Positions 19,092 through 28,539 of a stretch of DNA of 46,345 nt are shown here, one piece after another (the first letter of the stretch is position 1; every line of letters starts with the position of its first letter). Source of the stretch: a phage; sequence record LC918680.1; one strand, given 5' to 3'. The position numbers and the translations under genes were made by a program. The notes under the pieces are model-generated. The model saw nothing but the letters and a program-made list of their open reading frames with translations, was not told the origin of the DNA and ran no database searches.

Positions 19092-19759
19092 TGAGTTATG
19101 GAGCGTACATAAATGTAAATGGTAACCCGTTCATAACCCAGAACTCAACGCCGATGGCGCTTTATAGAAAAGTTACAATTAACTCAACGAAATCAAATAA
19201 TTTCAACTCAGCTAGCGCCTCAGTAAACATACCAGGAGGAACGTCACTGATAGGTTTTGGGAGGACCAGTGGGTATGCAGCAATAAGTAGCTCAATATCT
19301 GGGAGTACAGTTTCGGTAAGCGCTAGCAACTACAAAGTTACAAATTTCACTCTTGAAGCTTATTTCTTTGCTATATTCCCACAAGAACTACCAGCGTGGG
19401 GTATGGCAATATGGGATGATTCAGGTAAGTTAATACTAACAAATGAAACAAAAGTAATGACTGACTTGATAACGATTGGTACGCCAGGAGCTTCTAGTGG
19501 AGGTGTGTTTATAGATACAACAATACAAGGTAGGAAGCTTGCTGTTTGCCCTGGGGTACTTGGTGCGGTTTTGCTTGCAGGCCCTCCTCAGCAGGGGCAG
19601 CCCACAATTCAGCCAGTCACGGCATACACTGCATGTCATGACCAAGATGGAGGAACAAGGTTTAGGTCAGCAACTTCAAGTAGCGCATCCGGCGGTAGCC
19701 TTGGAGCTTCAAACCTTGGAACAATAATGACCGCCATTGACGTTTCAATATATGACTAA
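19091..19759 (+). CDS. hypothetical Ser/Thr/Gly-rich protein (putative fibre-associated)
   Basis: 222-aa ORF start-overlapping upstream stop (TAATG); followed by strong terminator. Confidence 0.45.
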   Translation: MSYGAYINVNGNPFITQNSTPMALYRKVTINSTKSNNFNSASASVNIPGGTSLIGFGRTSGYAAISSSISGSTVSVSASNYKVTNFTLEAYFFAIFPQELPAWGMAIWDDSGKLILTNETKVMTDLITIGTPGASSGGVFIDTTIQGRKLAVCPGVLGAVLLAGPPQQGQPTIQPVTAYTACHDQDGGTRFRSATSSSASGGSLGASNLGTIMTAIDVSIYD

Positions 19760-19782
19760 GCCCCTTTCGGGGCTTTTTTATT
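19759..19782 (+). terminator. intrinsic terminator at end of + strand structural block
   Basis: AGCCCC-TTTC-GGGGCT + TTTTTT. Confidence 0.8.
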
Positions 19783-20002
19783 AACCACCACAGTCGTGAT
19801 CTTTAAAGTTAGACTCCGAAACGTAGTGGAAAGAGAATGGGTATCCAGCACGTAACAGTAGTTCGTCACCTCTTTGCTGAGTACCAAAAACATAAACCGA
19901 GTACTCTGACCCAGCAGATTCATAAATTGCGGTACAAGTGCGCTCAGGCATTGAAGAGCATCCAGTCAGTAATAACGCTGCGCAGATAATAAACTTTTTC
20001 AT
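19781..20002 (-). CDS. small lipoprotein, Cor-like superinfection-exclusion candidate
   Basis: MKKFIICAALLLTGC signal peptide with lipobox; 73 aa; convergent with tail module. Confidence 0.55.
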   Translation of the reverse strand: MKKFIICAALLLTGCSSMPERTCTAIYESAGSEYSVYVFGTQQRGDELLLRAGYPFSFHYVSESNFKDHDCGG

Positions 20003-20168
20003 AAAATCTCCTTAGAAGCCGTTAAAGTTTGAGGCAAGCAGCAGAACCCACACTAAGAAACCAGTTACAGAAGCACCCGCAAAAGTTGAAATTAAGTTAG
20101 TAGTTAATCTCTTGTTTAGGTTGTTTCGTTTCGATGTGGTAATCATAAACCATCATTAAGCTTTGTCT

Positions 20169-20858
20169 TTAGCTATTAGTGCTATTTGCAATAAACACAG
20201 CCTTTGCAAAACCGCGAGGAGTTAGGCTGCGGATTACCTTTGTCTTCTTGCTCTTTCCACCTAACTTCTTGTATTGGTCAGAGAATCCATCGTTAACGCC
20301 CACCGGAATCGCCTTAGGCCATTTAAACCCATTACCAAACCAAATGCATGTCTTCTTAGGATATGCGTCTCTTGGCTTTATTAGGTCGCTAAAAAACGGG
20401 TGTAAATCATCTTCCGGCAAATAGCCTCCGTATTCATATGGGTGGAAAGTCTTATTAGGCTTTCTCCAGAGTGATGACAGTACGCTGATTGGATTCTCAA
20501 TCATGTATGGGACTTCGTACTTATTAGCCAAGTTAAAAGCAACTTTACATGTTTCCGCAGCTTCAATCTGGAAGTTATGGTTAACCAGTCGCTTTCGCTC
20601 AAAGTGCCTTGACCCGCTCACGGCTAAATCCGTACACGGCGGGAACGCTAAAATGATATCAGGCTTCACATCAAAGTCGAAGTCGGCATCTATCCAGACA
20701 TTAACGTAGGTGATGTTCTCATGTCCAAATTTTGCATTTAAATCCACGTAACTACCGTGGTCAGACTCATCAAAGTTGAAACAGTAGCACTCGTGACCAG
20801 CCTCAGCCCAATCTTTCACAGCCAGCCCTGAACCATCAAATAAAGACCAAACAACCAT
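20169..20858 (-). CDS. putative DNA methyltransferase with C5-cytosine MTase-like motifs
   Basis: Motif I-like FDGSGL, Pro-Cys FPPCTDLAVSG, ENV-like IENP; start placed at internal ATG 20858 preceded by conserved ACGAGAGAGG leader (track start 20900 has no RBS); unusually short (229 aa). Confidence 0.5.
   Translation of the reverse strand: MVVWSLFDGSGLAVKDWAEAGHECYCFNFDESDHGSYVDLNAKFGHENITYVNVWIDADFDFDVKPDIILAFPPCTDLAVSGSRHFERKRLVNHNFQIEAAETCKVAFNLANKYEVPYMIENPISVLSSLWRKPNKTFHPYEYGGYLPEDDLHPFFSDLIKPRDAYPKKTCIWFGNGFKWPKAIPVGVNDGFSDQYKKLGGKSKKTKVIRSLTPRGFAKAVFIANSTNS
20170..20184 (-). promoter_or_regulatory. boundary motif copy 3
   Basis: - strand TAGCACTAATAGCTA overlapping MTase stop. Confidence 0.5.
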
Positions 20859-20900
20859 TTTGAAATCCTCTCTCGTTTTTTTGTGTGACCAACTATACAT

Positions 20901-21399
20901 GGTTTTGCGGATTAGTTTTAGCTATTCGTGCTGTTGGTTACGCGTAACCGATGTAACTCTATGTATACCATATGCATCAGCGGGAAATCGTATACGCCTA
21001 ATTACGCTTTGATACGCCATAGTTACATTAAAATATATATATATATCAACCTTTTACTCTTATTATTATTATTATATATATTACTGTGTATATCATGTAA
21101 CTACTGTCATGGAGCGTTCCGGTTATAATTTTTATATCATGTGATTTTATACAGTATTTCGCTGCACCTATACCTATGCACCATCCGCTAAAATTGGTAT
21201 ACACGATATACGCACCATTTACATTGAGCTATAGCTGGGCTCAGGCAGTGAAAAACGTAACCAATAGAAATGTCTACACGTAGTTACGGATTTATACGCG
21301 TATACTTGATTAATTAATCGGCGATACCAATTGGACTGTGTGTCTTGCGTGCGGCATCATTAACGCATCGAAAGCAAACAGCCACAGAGAGATAGAGAA
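20901..21399. repeat. control region A: gene-free AT-rich divergent intergenic region, paralogous to region B
   Basis: Shares with region B the blocks TATATATATCAACCTTTTACT, (ATT)n-TATATATA microsatellite and AGCTATAGCTGGGCT...CGTAACCAAT; contains palindromes GGTTACGCGTAACC (20936-20949) and TATACGCGTATA (21293-21304). Confidence 0.7.
20919..20933 (-). promoter_or_regulatory. boundary motif copy 4 (degenerate)
   Basis: - strand CAGCACGAATAGCTA upstream of MTase leader. Confidence 0.4.
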
Positions 21400-21585
21400 A
21401 TGAAAATGCCTGATAAATTAAAAGCGCACACAGTAATACTACCAACGTATTCTCCTGTTGCTATATTCCTTACGCATGACATGGCTGTTAGATTCTGCGA
21501 ATTATCATACGGTAAACAATGGGAGCAAACAGGCGCAAGGATAGAAAAGACAACATCAGAACACATCAAAGTCATTAAGGGATAA
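21400..21585 (+). CDS. hypothetical early protein
   Basis: First + strand ORF after control region A; CATCGAAAGC...AGAGAG leader upstream. Confidence 0.45.
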   Translation: MKMPDKLKAHTVILPTYSPVAIFLTHDMAVRFCELSYGKQWEQTGARIEKTTSEHIKVIKG

Positions 21586-21589
21586 AATC

Positions 21590-21784
21590 ATGCCACACTT
21601 CATAATTAAAGAGAAAAACAACGCACTGTTCGGCGATTGCTACTTTGGTGGCCCAGCCGGATACACTACCAACAAATCTGAAGCCGACCAATTCGAGACA
21701 AAGGAAGAGGCCAAGGAGTTGCTGACAGGATACTTCACTGAAGAAGATTTGAAAGCTATTAAGATTGTTAAAATTAAGGATTGA
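21590..21784 (+). CDS. hypothetical protein
   Basis: 64-aa ORF, closely spaced with neighbours. Confidence 0.5.
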   Translation: MPHFIIKEKNNALFGDCYFGGPAGYTTNKSEADQFETKEEAKELLTGYFTEEDLKAIKIVKIKD

Positions 21785-21787
21785 ACC

Positions 21788-22759
21788 ATGACATTTAAAG
21801 TTTATACGAACGACGAGCTAACAAATGAATCCTATCACGAAGAGCAAGACCATATCTCTGGCTCTTCACTGGCTGAGATTCTTGCTACCTCACCAGCTAA
21901 ATGGAAGTTTAAGCAGCGCAATAACTCTAGCGCAGCACTTAAGTTTGGCACACTAAGTCACTGCATGATGCTAGAGCGCGAGGTGTTTGACTCAACATAC
22001 ATGCGAGCTACTGACTTTGACGAAGTGGAAGGATTGATTACTAGCCAAACGGCTTTATCCGCAGCGCTTAAAAAAGTTGGAGTTTCAGGCACGTCAGGGA
22101 AGGGTTATAACGAGCTTGTAGAGATGATGTATAAGTGTGGTGAGGATTGGCCTGTTAAATGGTTAATTGAGCAGCAGGAGAGCGCTCATGCGCTAATTAG
22201 TGGCAAAGAGCTCGTTACTGCGAAAGATTACGATAAAGTAATTCAAATGCGAGAGGTTCTAACTAATATTCCGGCATATGATTCGGTCATTAATTCACCA
22301 TCAGCGCAGAAAGAACTATCAATATTTGGTGAGATTCTCGGTTGTGGTGTTAAGGTTCGTCTTGACCATGTGGATGTTGTTGATGGTATTGTCTACATTA
22401 CTGACTACAAAACCACAGCAGATGCAAGTCCTAGAGGATTTGGGAAGTCAGCTTATGACCATGGATACCTGTGCAAGATGGCACTTCAGCGAGATCTGTT
22501 TGTGAAAGCCTTTAATGAGAAACGCAAGGTTGTAGTTCGCCTTTTGGCACAGGAGAAAGCAGAGCCTTACTTACCTATGTGCTACACGCTTACGGATGAG
22601 CAGCTTCGCATTGGGCGCTTACAATATTTAGAGGCTCTGGCTGTTTACAAGCAGTGCAAGGAACTTGATGTGTGGCCTGGGTATAGCAATGGGATTACAG
22701 AGCAAGATTTGATGATTCCTGAGTGGGTAAGTAAGCAGTATCAAGAACTTCTAAAATAG
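21788..22759 (+). CDS. PD-(D/E)xK family exonuclease (recombination exonuclease)
   Basis: VRLDHVDVVDGIVYITDYKT gives D...D-x-K nuclease motif; adjacent to Erf-like and SSB genes. Confidence 0.7.
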   Translation: MTFKVYTNDELTNESYHEEQDHISGSSLAEILATSPAKWKFKQRNNSSAALKFGTLSHCMMLEREVFDSTYMRATDFDEVEGLITSQTALSAALKKVGVSGTSGKGYNELVEMMYKCGEDWPVKWLIEQQESAHALISGKELVTAKDYDKVIQMREVLTNIPAYDSVINSPSAQKELSIFGEILGCGVKVRLDHVDVVDGIVYITDYKTTADASPRGFGKSAYDHGYLCKMALQRDLFVKAFNEKRKVVVRLLAQEKAEPYLPMCYTLTDEQLRIGRLQYLEALAVYKQCKELDVWPGYSNGITEQDLMIPEWVSKQYQELLK

Positions 22760-22771
22760 CACTAATTGCTA
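22757..22771 (+). promoter_or_regulatory. boundary motif copy 5
   Basis: TAGCACTAATTGCTA; starts at exonuclease stop TAG. Confidence 0.6.
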
Positions 22772-22829
22772 AAGACAAAATTAACAGGTGGGGTATCATT
22801 ACCCCATCGAAACGAAAGAGAGATGGGGA

Positions 22830-23480
22830 ATGAAAACTTCTGAGCAAAACAAGCAAGTATTGAAGGCGTTATTCGAGGCTAAATCAAAGTTTGCTAAGGC
22901 TGAAAAGTCTAAGCAGAACTCACACCTCAAGAATAAGTACGCTACTTTAGATGATGTTTTAGCAGCTGTAGAGCCAGGCTTGGCTGATAGCGGACTGGTG
23001 ATGTTTCAGTCGATGATTGATGATGATGTAAGCACTCGTATTAAGGTTGAAACAACCATTTATCACGCAGAGTCTGGGGAGTGGGTTAGCTTCCTGACAA
23101 TCGTCCCAATCAGTAAGCAAGATGCTCAAGGTTATGGGTCATCACTTACATACGCTCGCCGTTACGCAATCACAGCGGCGTTAGGTTTAAGCCAGGCAGA
23201 TGATGATGGTCAGCTTGCAGTTAAGGGTATCAACTCATTTAAGAAAGATTTAGCTAAGTGCAACACTCTTGATGACCTGCGCGATGTATACAAAGAAGCT
23301 AAGCAGTCTCTTGATTCAGCTGGTTGGCTGGTGATTGAACCTCACATTATTGAGCGTAAGGCAGAGATTCAGGCTAATGCAACTAACGGCTTCAATCCTG
23401 CAAAACCTAAACAGGTTGCACAAAAGTCTGTTCAAGAAGAAAAAGTTGAAGTACAATCTCAAGAAATCGACACATTCTAA
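22830..23480 (+). CDS. Erf-like single-strand annealing protein
   Basis: ATG 22830 after conserved leader (track start 22788 lies inside the upstream hairpin); sits between exonuclease and SSB; family call from overall resemblance only. Confidence 0.55.
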   Translation: MKTSEQNKQVLKALFEAKSKFAKAEKSKQNSHLKNKYATLDDVLAAVEPGLADSGLVMFQSMIDDDVSTRIKVETTIYHAESGEWVSFLTIVPISKQDAQGYGSSLTYARRYAITAALGLSQADDDGQLAVKGINSFKKDLAKCNTLDDLRDVYKEAKQSLDSAGWLVIEPHIIERKAEIQANATNGFNPAKPKQVAQKSVQEEKVEVQSQEIDTF

Positions 23481-23520
23481 TTTAACGGAGCTGCGGCCCC
23501 AACATTAAGAGAGAAAGAAA

Positions 23521-23952
23521 ATGAGTCATGTAATCACTGGCGTTATCCGTCGCGCTCCGTTCACTAAAGAAGGTCAGAATGCAAATGGCAGTTGGAAGAT
23601 GTACGCGGTTGATTTAAGTGAGCGTTACAAGGATAAAGATGGTCAATCTCAGTATAGCAACTATCGTGCCGTCTTCTTCGCAAAGGAATCAATGCTTACA
23701 TGGTATAACGAAGCGTTTCAGGAAGGGAAGATTGTTAGCGTAAGTTGTGAGACGTTAGCATTAGATGTTCGAGATAAAGATGGCAAGACTTACATAACAA
23801 TTAACATGAATAATCCTCGTCTTGAGTTTAGTCAGCGTGGTGAGGGTGTACAGCAACATAAAAATACAGAGCAACAACAGCGCCATCAACCGCAACAGCA
23901 ACAGCAACAACCACAACAGCAAAACACATTCGACGGAGATATTCCATTCTGA
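23521..23952 (+). CDS. ssb: single-stranded DNA-binding protein
   Basis: OB-fold-like N-region, Gln/Pro-rich linker, acidic tail ending DGDIPF. Confidence 0.8.
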   Translation: MSHVITGVIRRAPFTKEGQNANGSWKMYAVDLSERYKDKDGQSQYSNYRAVFFAKESMLTWYNEAFQEGKIVSVSCETLALDVRDKDGKTYITINMNNPRLEFSQRGEGVQQHKNTEQQQRHQPQQQQQQPQQQNTFDGDIPF

Positions 23953-23960
23953 TAAAAGAT

Positions 23961-23984
23961 AAAGCCCCTTTCGGGGCTTTTTTA
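23961..23984. terminator. bidirectional intrinsic terminator between convergent ssb and tail-fibre genes
   Basis: A-run + GCCCC-TTTC-GGGGC + T-run. Confidence 0.8.
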
Positions 23985-26516
23985 TGCAAGAGAAACTCTT
24001 GAGTTTGCAAATATCAAGGCGTCCCTTTGATTATCAAATTCTACAACAAAATAATCAGCAAGGCTTAATACCATACCAGTTAATCCATTGAGGTTAATGT
24101 TAAGGTTTGCAACGCCAGAAACCGAAGCCTGACCAACTCCAAATGTATGAACCCACTTACCACGCTCAGTAAACACACTGCCTAATGATGCGCTACCAAA
24201 AATGTTTATAATACCATCAGCACCGCCTTGAATCCTGTTTGCAGAAATACCCCAAACATACCATTTTCCGGAAGTTATATTAAAGCGACCATTTATCAAT
24301 TCGTACTGAGCCGCACCATCTAATTCGTAGTATCCAGATGATTGCGAGTGTATACCCCTTGTATCAGAACCTTCCCTTGACGACCCTGTTCCACCAAAGT
24401 CGTTTCCACCAGTACCAAAAGGCCTCCTGACTAAAACAATTCCGGAATCGGGGTTAAAAACTCGACCTTTAGTAACATATCCTCTAACAGATAGGTTTGA
24501 AGTGCCAGTTATCTTGGCTGTCTGTGATACCAGCGACTCAACTATAACGTTTGATGTTGAAGATCCATTCAGGTATGCATCCTTAGCAAAAATAATACTG
24601 TTCGAATCAAGAGAGAAACTTTGGTGCCCATCAGCGTTATCAAACCTGCACCCATAAGTTACAAGGTTTGAATTTGATAACTCAATGTTATTAATATAAG
24701 AATGCTCAGCAAAGAAAACGGACGTATCGATGAGCTTCAAAACCCTTGGGAGTTCAGCTCCCTCACCTACGTTAATTGCTCCCCCAGTTGCTATCGCTTC
24801 AAACCATACGTTAGACAATCCGCAAGGTGATGTTGGGCAATCTCCAGGTTTATTCTTTAACCTTATACCGCCGCCAGCAGAGGCCTCCATTATTGAATCC
24901 CTAATCCACCACCCACCAATTCCTCCAGCAACAGGGTTCGTTGCGCTACTTGTGCTTGTCGCATCTAGCATTACTGAATATTGAGAGATTGTATCTGAGT
25001 GGTATCCGTATAAAGTGTCCGCTCCTATATGCATTTCGTCATGAGCTTTGGCTCGATACCCGTAATTCGCATTTCTAATACTTACGTTTCTGTAGGTATT
25101 TCCAATGTTGCCAGCATTTTTCCTTATACCAACATCCAGGTTATTGAAGTAAAGCCTATCCAATACAACCCTTCCAGCATAAGGGTCATCCGGGAATTGA
25201 AAGCCGTTATTACCTTGTATTGCAGTACCTGTAAACTGCAAATCCGATAAATGCTTTTGCCTCCAGTGCGGAACCGATAGCGTTGAGGTGAGTCCGGTTT
25301 CAAAAGGTTTAACACTTATTACGGTATTATATCCAGAGCCTGATATGTTCCTGCCAGCAAAGGAGTAGTTATTACTCTCATAAGTTCCCGGGCTTATAAC
25401 TACCGACCCGCCATCGCCAGCGGCTTCTATTGCTGAAGATATTGAGCCGCTATAGCTTGATGTGCTTTTTGAATCTGTATTTAAAATTGATGACACCTCA
25501 CCCTTTGAGTAAACATCAAGGTTGGTTCTTGCCACGGACTTATCTGCAATGTCTGAAAGATTCAATGATTTTTGAAACGTCTCGGATTTTGAGTAAACAT
25601 CAAGCAACCCCCTAACCCTTGACGCGCTTGATCCACCAGTTGCAGCATTACCGCCAGGCAAGCTTAGTACTTCCCTTACATAAAAAACCCTAGATCCAGT
25701 CTCACCAGAAATTGTGACATCTGCAATCCTAAAATTTGAGTCTGACCCAGTAGACGGAGATAACCTTAATACATTAGCCGAATTAACACCCCTAGATGCA
25801 ATAACATCAATACAAATAGGAGTTGTTGAAACCGGAAACATTGAACTAATTTCTTTTGGGGTGTTTAACATATTCCTAAGTGTGCACTGATAACGACCTC
25901 CGGAATAAAATTGCATTGTTTGCCAATCTAAAGAGGTAAGTAATGGCGTTGTCGTGCTACCTATTCCGTGATTAGCAAAGTAAGCAACAGCCGCTGTATT
26001 TCCAGCTGCATTTATTGCCTCAACCGTCCTGTTATATGAATTTTGTGCGTTAGTGCTTGCACCAACTGCGGTCGCTGCACTTTCAGCAGCAGCAATCTGA
26101 CTAGCTAACGCCTCCGCAGCTCCGGTAGTTGACTGAGTTGCCAGTTGTTCAAAACGAGGCCAATCAAAAGTATCTTGACCAATAAATTGCAGTAGACTTT
26201 CAATAGAAGTCTCTTTTGACTGGTAGTAACGCAATGTTTCCGCAACATCCTGTGCCAACCCCTGAACAGTAATTCCATCATGAGCAAGAATTGCGTAACC
26301 AGTACCAGCGGGAACAGTTTCAGAACTTGGATTATAAACATTAACCTGAGTATCGCTGATGATTTCAGAGATGGTGTAAATTTTCAGAGGGCTGGTTTTG
26401 AAAATGATAGTAGCACCTACACGAATCAGTGTAAGAGGTGCTTTCCATGTAGTACCTACGCCAGTAACCTCGCCATTTGAGGCTAGTGATGCTGTTCCTA
26501 AGTCATAAATTGCCAT
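23982..26516 (-). CDS. tail fibre/tailspike protein
   Basis: 844-aa ORF, Gly/Ser/Asn/Thr-rich with repetitive beta-rich character; own promoter-like TGGTAGAAT upstream. Confidence 0.7.
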   Translation of the reverse strand: MAIYDLGTASLASNGEVTGVGTTWKAPLTLIRVGATIIFKTSPLKIYTISEIISDTQVNVYNPSSETVPAGTGYAILAHDGITVQGLAQDVAETLRYYQSKETSIESLLQFIGQDTFDWPRFEQLATQSTTGAAEALASQIAAAESAATAVGASTNAQNSYNRTVEAINAAGNTAAVAYFANHGIGSTTTPLLTSLDWQTMQFYSGGRYQCTLRNMLNTPKEISSMFPVSTTPICIDVIASRGVNSANVLRLSPSTGSDSNFRIADVTISGETGSRVFYVREVLSLPGGNAATGGSSASRVRGLLDVYSKSETFQKSLNLSDIADKSVARTNLDVYSKGEVSSILNTDSKSTSSYSGSISSAIEAAGDGGSVVISPGTYESNNYSFAGRNISGSGYNTVISVKPFETGLTSTLSVPHWRQKHLSDLQFTGTAIQGNNGFQFPDDPYAGRVVLDRLYFNNLDVGIRKNAGNIGNTYRNVSIRNANYGYRAKAHDEMHIGADTLYGYHSDTISQYSVMLDATSTSSATNPVAGGIGGWWIRDSIMEASAGGGIRLKNKPGDCPTSPCGLSNVWFEAIATGGAINVGEGAELPRVLKLIDTSVFFAEHSYINNIELSNSNLVTYGCRFDNADGHQSFSLDSNSIIFAKDAYLNGSSTSNVIVESLVSQTAKITGTSNLSVRGYVTKGRVFNPDSGIVLVRRPFGTGGNDFGGTGSSREGSDTRGIHSQSSGYYELDGAAQYELINGRFNITSGKWYVWGISANRIQGGADGIINIFGSASLGSVFTERGKWVHTFGVGQASVSGVANLNINLNGLTGMVLSLADYFVVEFDNQRDALIFANSRVSLA

Positions 26517-26538
26517 TGTAAAGTCTCCATTTGTAAAG

Positions 26539-26553
26539 TAGCACTAATTGCCA
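26539..26553 (+). promoter_or_regulatory. boundary motif copy 6
   Basis: TAGCACTAATTGCCA between tail fibre and primase genes. Confidence 0.45.
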
Positions 26554-26580
26554 AAATTCATTCTACCATCTTTCAGGCAA

Positions 26581-26602
26581 TAAAAAACCTCCCGAAGGAG
26601 GT
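26581..26602 (-). terminator. intrinsic terminator (- strand) after primase
   Basis: Plus-strand AAAAAA + CCTCC-CGAA-GGAGG, i.e. hairpin then U-run on - strand. Confidence 0.7.
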
Positions 26603-27525
26603 TAGTTTAGCAAGTCGTTTGCTTTGTACACTTTCTTTCGTATGCCTGTTTTAAATGACTCACCGTCATTAGGAACTACAACATCAACACCCCTATCGTC
26701 AGCAACAGCGAGTATATCGCTATCAGAATCACGGCAAGCAATTCTGAACTTCCTTGACTTGTCGCGGTGGATAACCATCTCCATATTGTAACAGGAGAAA
26801 GCAACAAACACTTCGCGCCCACCAGTAGCAAGGTGAACACGTATGCCATCAATATAATTGTCAACAACATAAGTATAACTATCATCCTGCTTAGAACCAA
26901 TAACGGAAACAGAATCACGAGTGTAATCACCAGCAAGGAACTTAACATTTGAATCCTCATCAATAAACATTACGTTACAGAACTCATCACTAAGCCCATC
27001 TTCATAAACCATCGAACAAGGGATTGCGTGAATCATTGAACCATTTTTAGCTATACCAACATCAAAACCAAACTCGTCATAAATACCCTCGTATGTCGTG
27101 AGTGGACTAGATTCAACTCGCTGAGTCCTCTCCATGACCTCAAGAACTTTCTTGTGGTCTACTTGAGCGCCCATTTTATAACGCAGCGTTCTTGATGCTT
27201 GCTTGTTAGCTTTAACTATAACCTCAATTGGTGTTAAGTTCAGCCAGTCACCAAGCAAATTTACTGAATCGGCGAAGGACAATCCAGTGCACTTCATGAC
27301 CCACCCTATACCGGAGTCACTTCCGCATTTCGAACAAATTGCCGCGCCATTTCCTTTTTCACTGCCTATTTCGTCGGTAAATCTGAATCTGTCAGTGCCA
27401 AAGCAGTATGGGCATGGTCCGTGCTTCTTACTTAGGTGTCTATCATTCCAACCAAGTTCCTTTGCATAAAATGATTTCCACAATCCGGCCATCTTAGGTA
27501 TAACTTCATTCTTATCGTAATTCAT
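26602..27525 (-). CDS. DNA primase (zinc-binding + Toprim-like)
   Basis: CPYC...CSKC zinc-ribbon near N-terminus, acidic D-rich C-terminal region. Confidence 0.7.
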   Translation of the reverse strand: MNYDKNEVIPKMAGLWKSFYAKELGWNDRHLSKKHGPCPYCFGTDRFRFTDEIGSEKGNGAAICSKCGSDSGIGWVMKCTGLSFADSVNLLGDWLNLTPIEVIVKANKQASRTLRYKMGAQVDHKKVLEVMERTQRVESSPLTTYEGIYDEFGFDVGIAKNGSMIHAIPCSMVYEDGLSDEFCNVMFIDEDSNVKFLAGDYTRDSVSVIGSKQDDSYTYVVDNYIDGIRVHLATGGREVFVAFSCYNMEMVIHRDKSRKFRIACRDSDSDILAVADDRGVDVVVPNDGESFKTGIRKKVYKANDLLN

Positions 27526-27881
27526 TTGCTTAAACCGTGATTTTCGTGAAAGTTGTATTTTCTCTCTGCTTCAATTCTTACTTTATACGCCTGCTCTGGA
27601 GTATCTAAGTTACCAAGGTGTAGCTGCTTGCCGTCAACCTTGATGTAAGCCTTAAATTTTCCGTGATTTAGCTTTGCCACTCCACAATAACCAGTTGTTG
27701 ATAAAACGCTAAGCTTGCAATTTCTTGAGTTACCTTGATTTGTTGTTACTCTTAGGTTTTCTATTCTGTTATCTAATTTGTTATGGTTTATATGATCAAT
27801 GTAGTCGCCATTTTGAAGTTCTCCATTAAACATCTCCCACACAACTCTATGTACATAAGTCCTAAAGCCATTAACAGACAC
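27522..27881 (-). CDS. HNH homing endonuclease with AP2-type DNA-binding domain
   Basis: HNH motif DHINHNKLDNRIENLRVTT followed by AP2-like GYCGV...FKAYI segment. Confidence 0.8.
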   Translation of the reverse strand: MSVNGFRTYVHRVVWEMFNGELQNGDYIDHINHNKLDNRIENLRVTTNQGNSRNCKLSVLSTTGYCGVAKLNHGKFKAYIKVDGKQLHLGNLDTPEQAYKVRIEAERKYNFHENHGLSK

Positions 27882-28052
27882 TTTGTAATAGCCAGATGTA
27901 GATAGTGAGTTGCACTCATCGCCAACCTTAACACGTCTTGCAGTGCTAATCTTTCAATGCAATTTGCCATCTACATAGTAAAAATAATCATGCCAGTTCA
28001 TTTTCTTCTCCCCAATAAAAAGGGATGTACCGATTATGGCACATCCAATTAT

Positions 28053-28526
28053 TTAATCTTTAGCTTTTCGTGCTGCTTCGTTGGCAATCTTATTCTTGCG
28101 CCATGGTCGACATGGTGGCTTTGTTGCTAGTTCAGCTTCGGTAACAACCCGCAGCATATGGCGTTTCTTGCATCTAAGCGTTAATGGCTTACCGTTTCCG
28201 TCGAATTGCAGGTCTGGTCGGCAGAACGTAGCTCTAAAGCCTTCCTTATTTCGCTTGTATGCATTGTGAGCCCTCTGGGCACCTCGAGCCGAAATCATCC
28301 CGCGATCAAACCATTGCTCTACAGTCTGGTGAGATACATTTAACTGCTTGGCGATATTGGCCTTCGTGCCGTAGAAATCAAGAACCATCTCCAGACGAGC
28401 TCGTAGCCCAGCCTTTACTTCATCTTTCAATACGTAGTAGCCTGACGGTCGTTTGCGCTGTTTCTTGTCTTGCGTGCGGATGGTTCCGTTATTGCCGTTG
28501 ATAGTTCGCTTGTCAATTTCACACAT
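28053..28526 (-). CDS. basic HTH DNA-binding protein
   Basis: HTH-like IAKQLNVSHQTVEQWF; highly basic termini. Confidence 0.45.
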   Translation of the reverse strand: MCEIDKRTINGNNGTIRTQDKKQRKRPSGYYVLKDEVKAGLRARLEMVLDFYGTKANIAKQLNVSHQTVEQWFDRGMISARGAQRAHNAYKRNKEGFRATFCRPDLQFDGNGKPLTLRCKKRHMLRVVTEAELATKPPCRPWRKNKIANEAARKAKD

Positions 28527-28539
28527 CTCATTACCTCAA

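Noticed and set aside
20928-21128. Track ORF (66 aa) running through the AT-rich (ATT)n/(TA)n block of control region A
   Set aside because: Low-complexity translation (poly-Leu/Tyr/Ile) of a repeat that is also present in region B; no RBS; better explained as regulatory DNA.
28053-28526. The HTH protein as a transposase or integrase
   Set aside because: 157 aa with a single HTH, no DDE or tyrosine-recombinase motifs and no flanking inverted repeats; kept as a generic DNA-binding protein.
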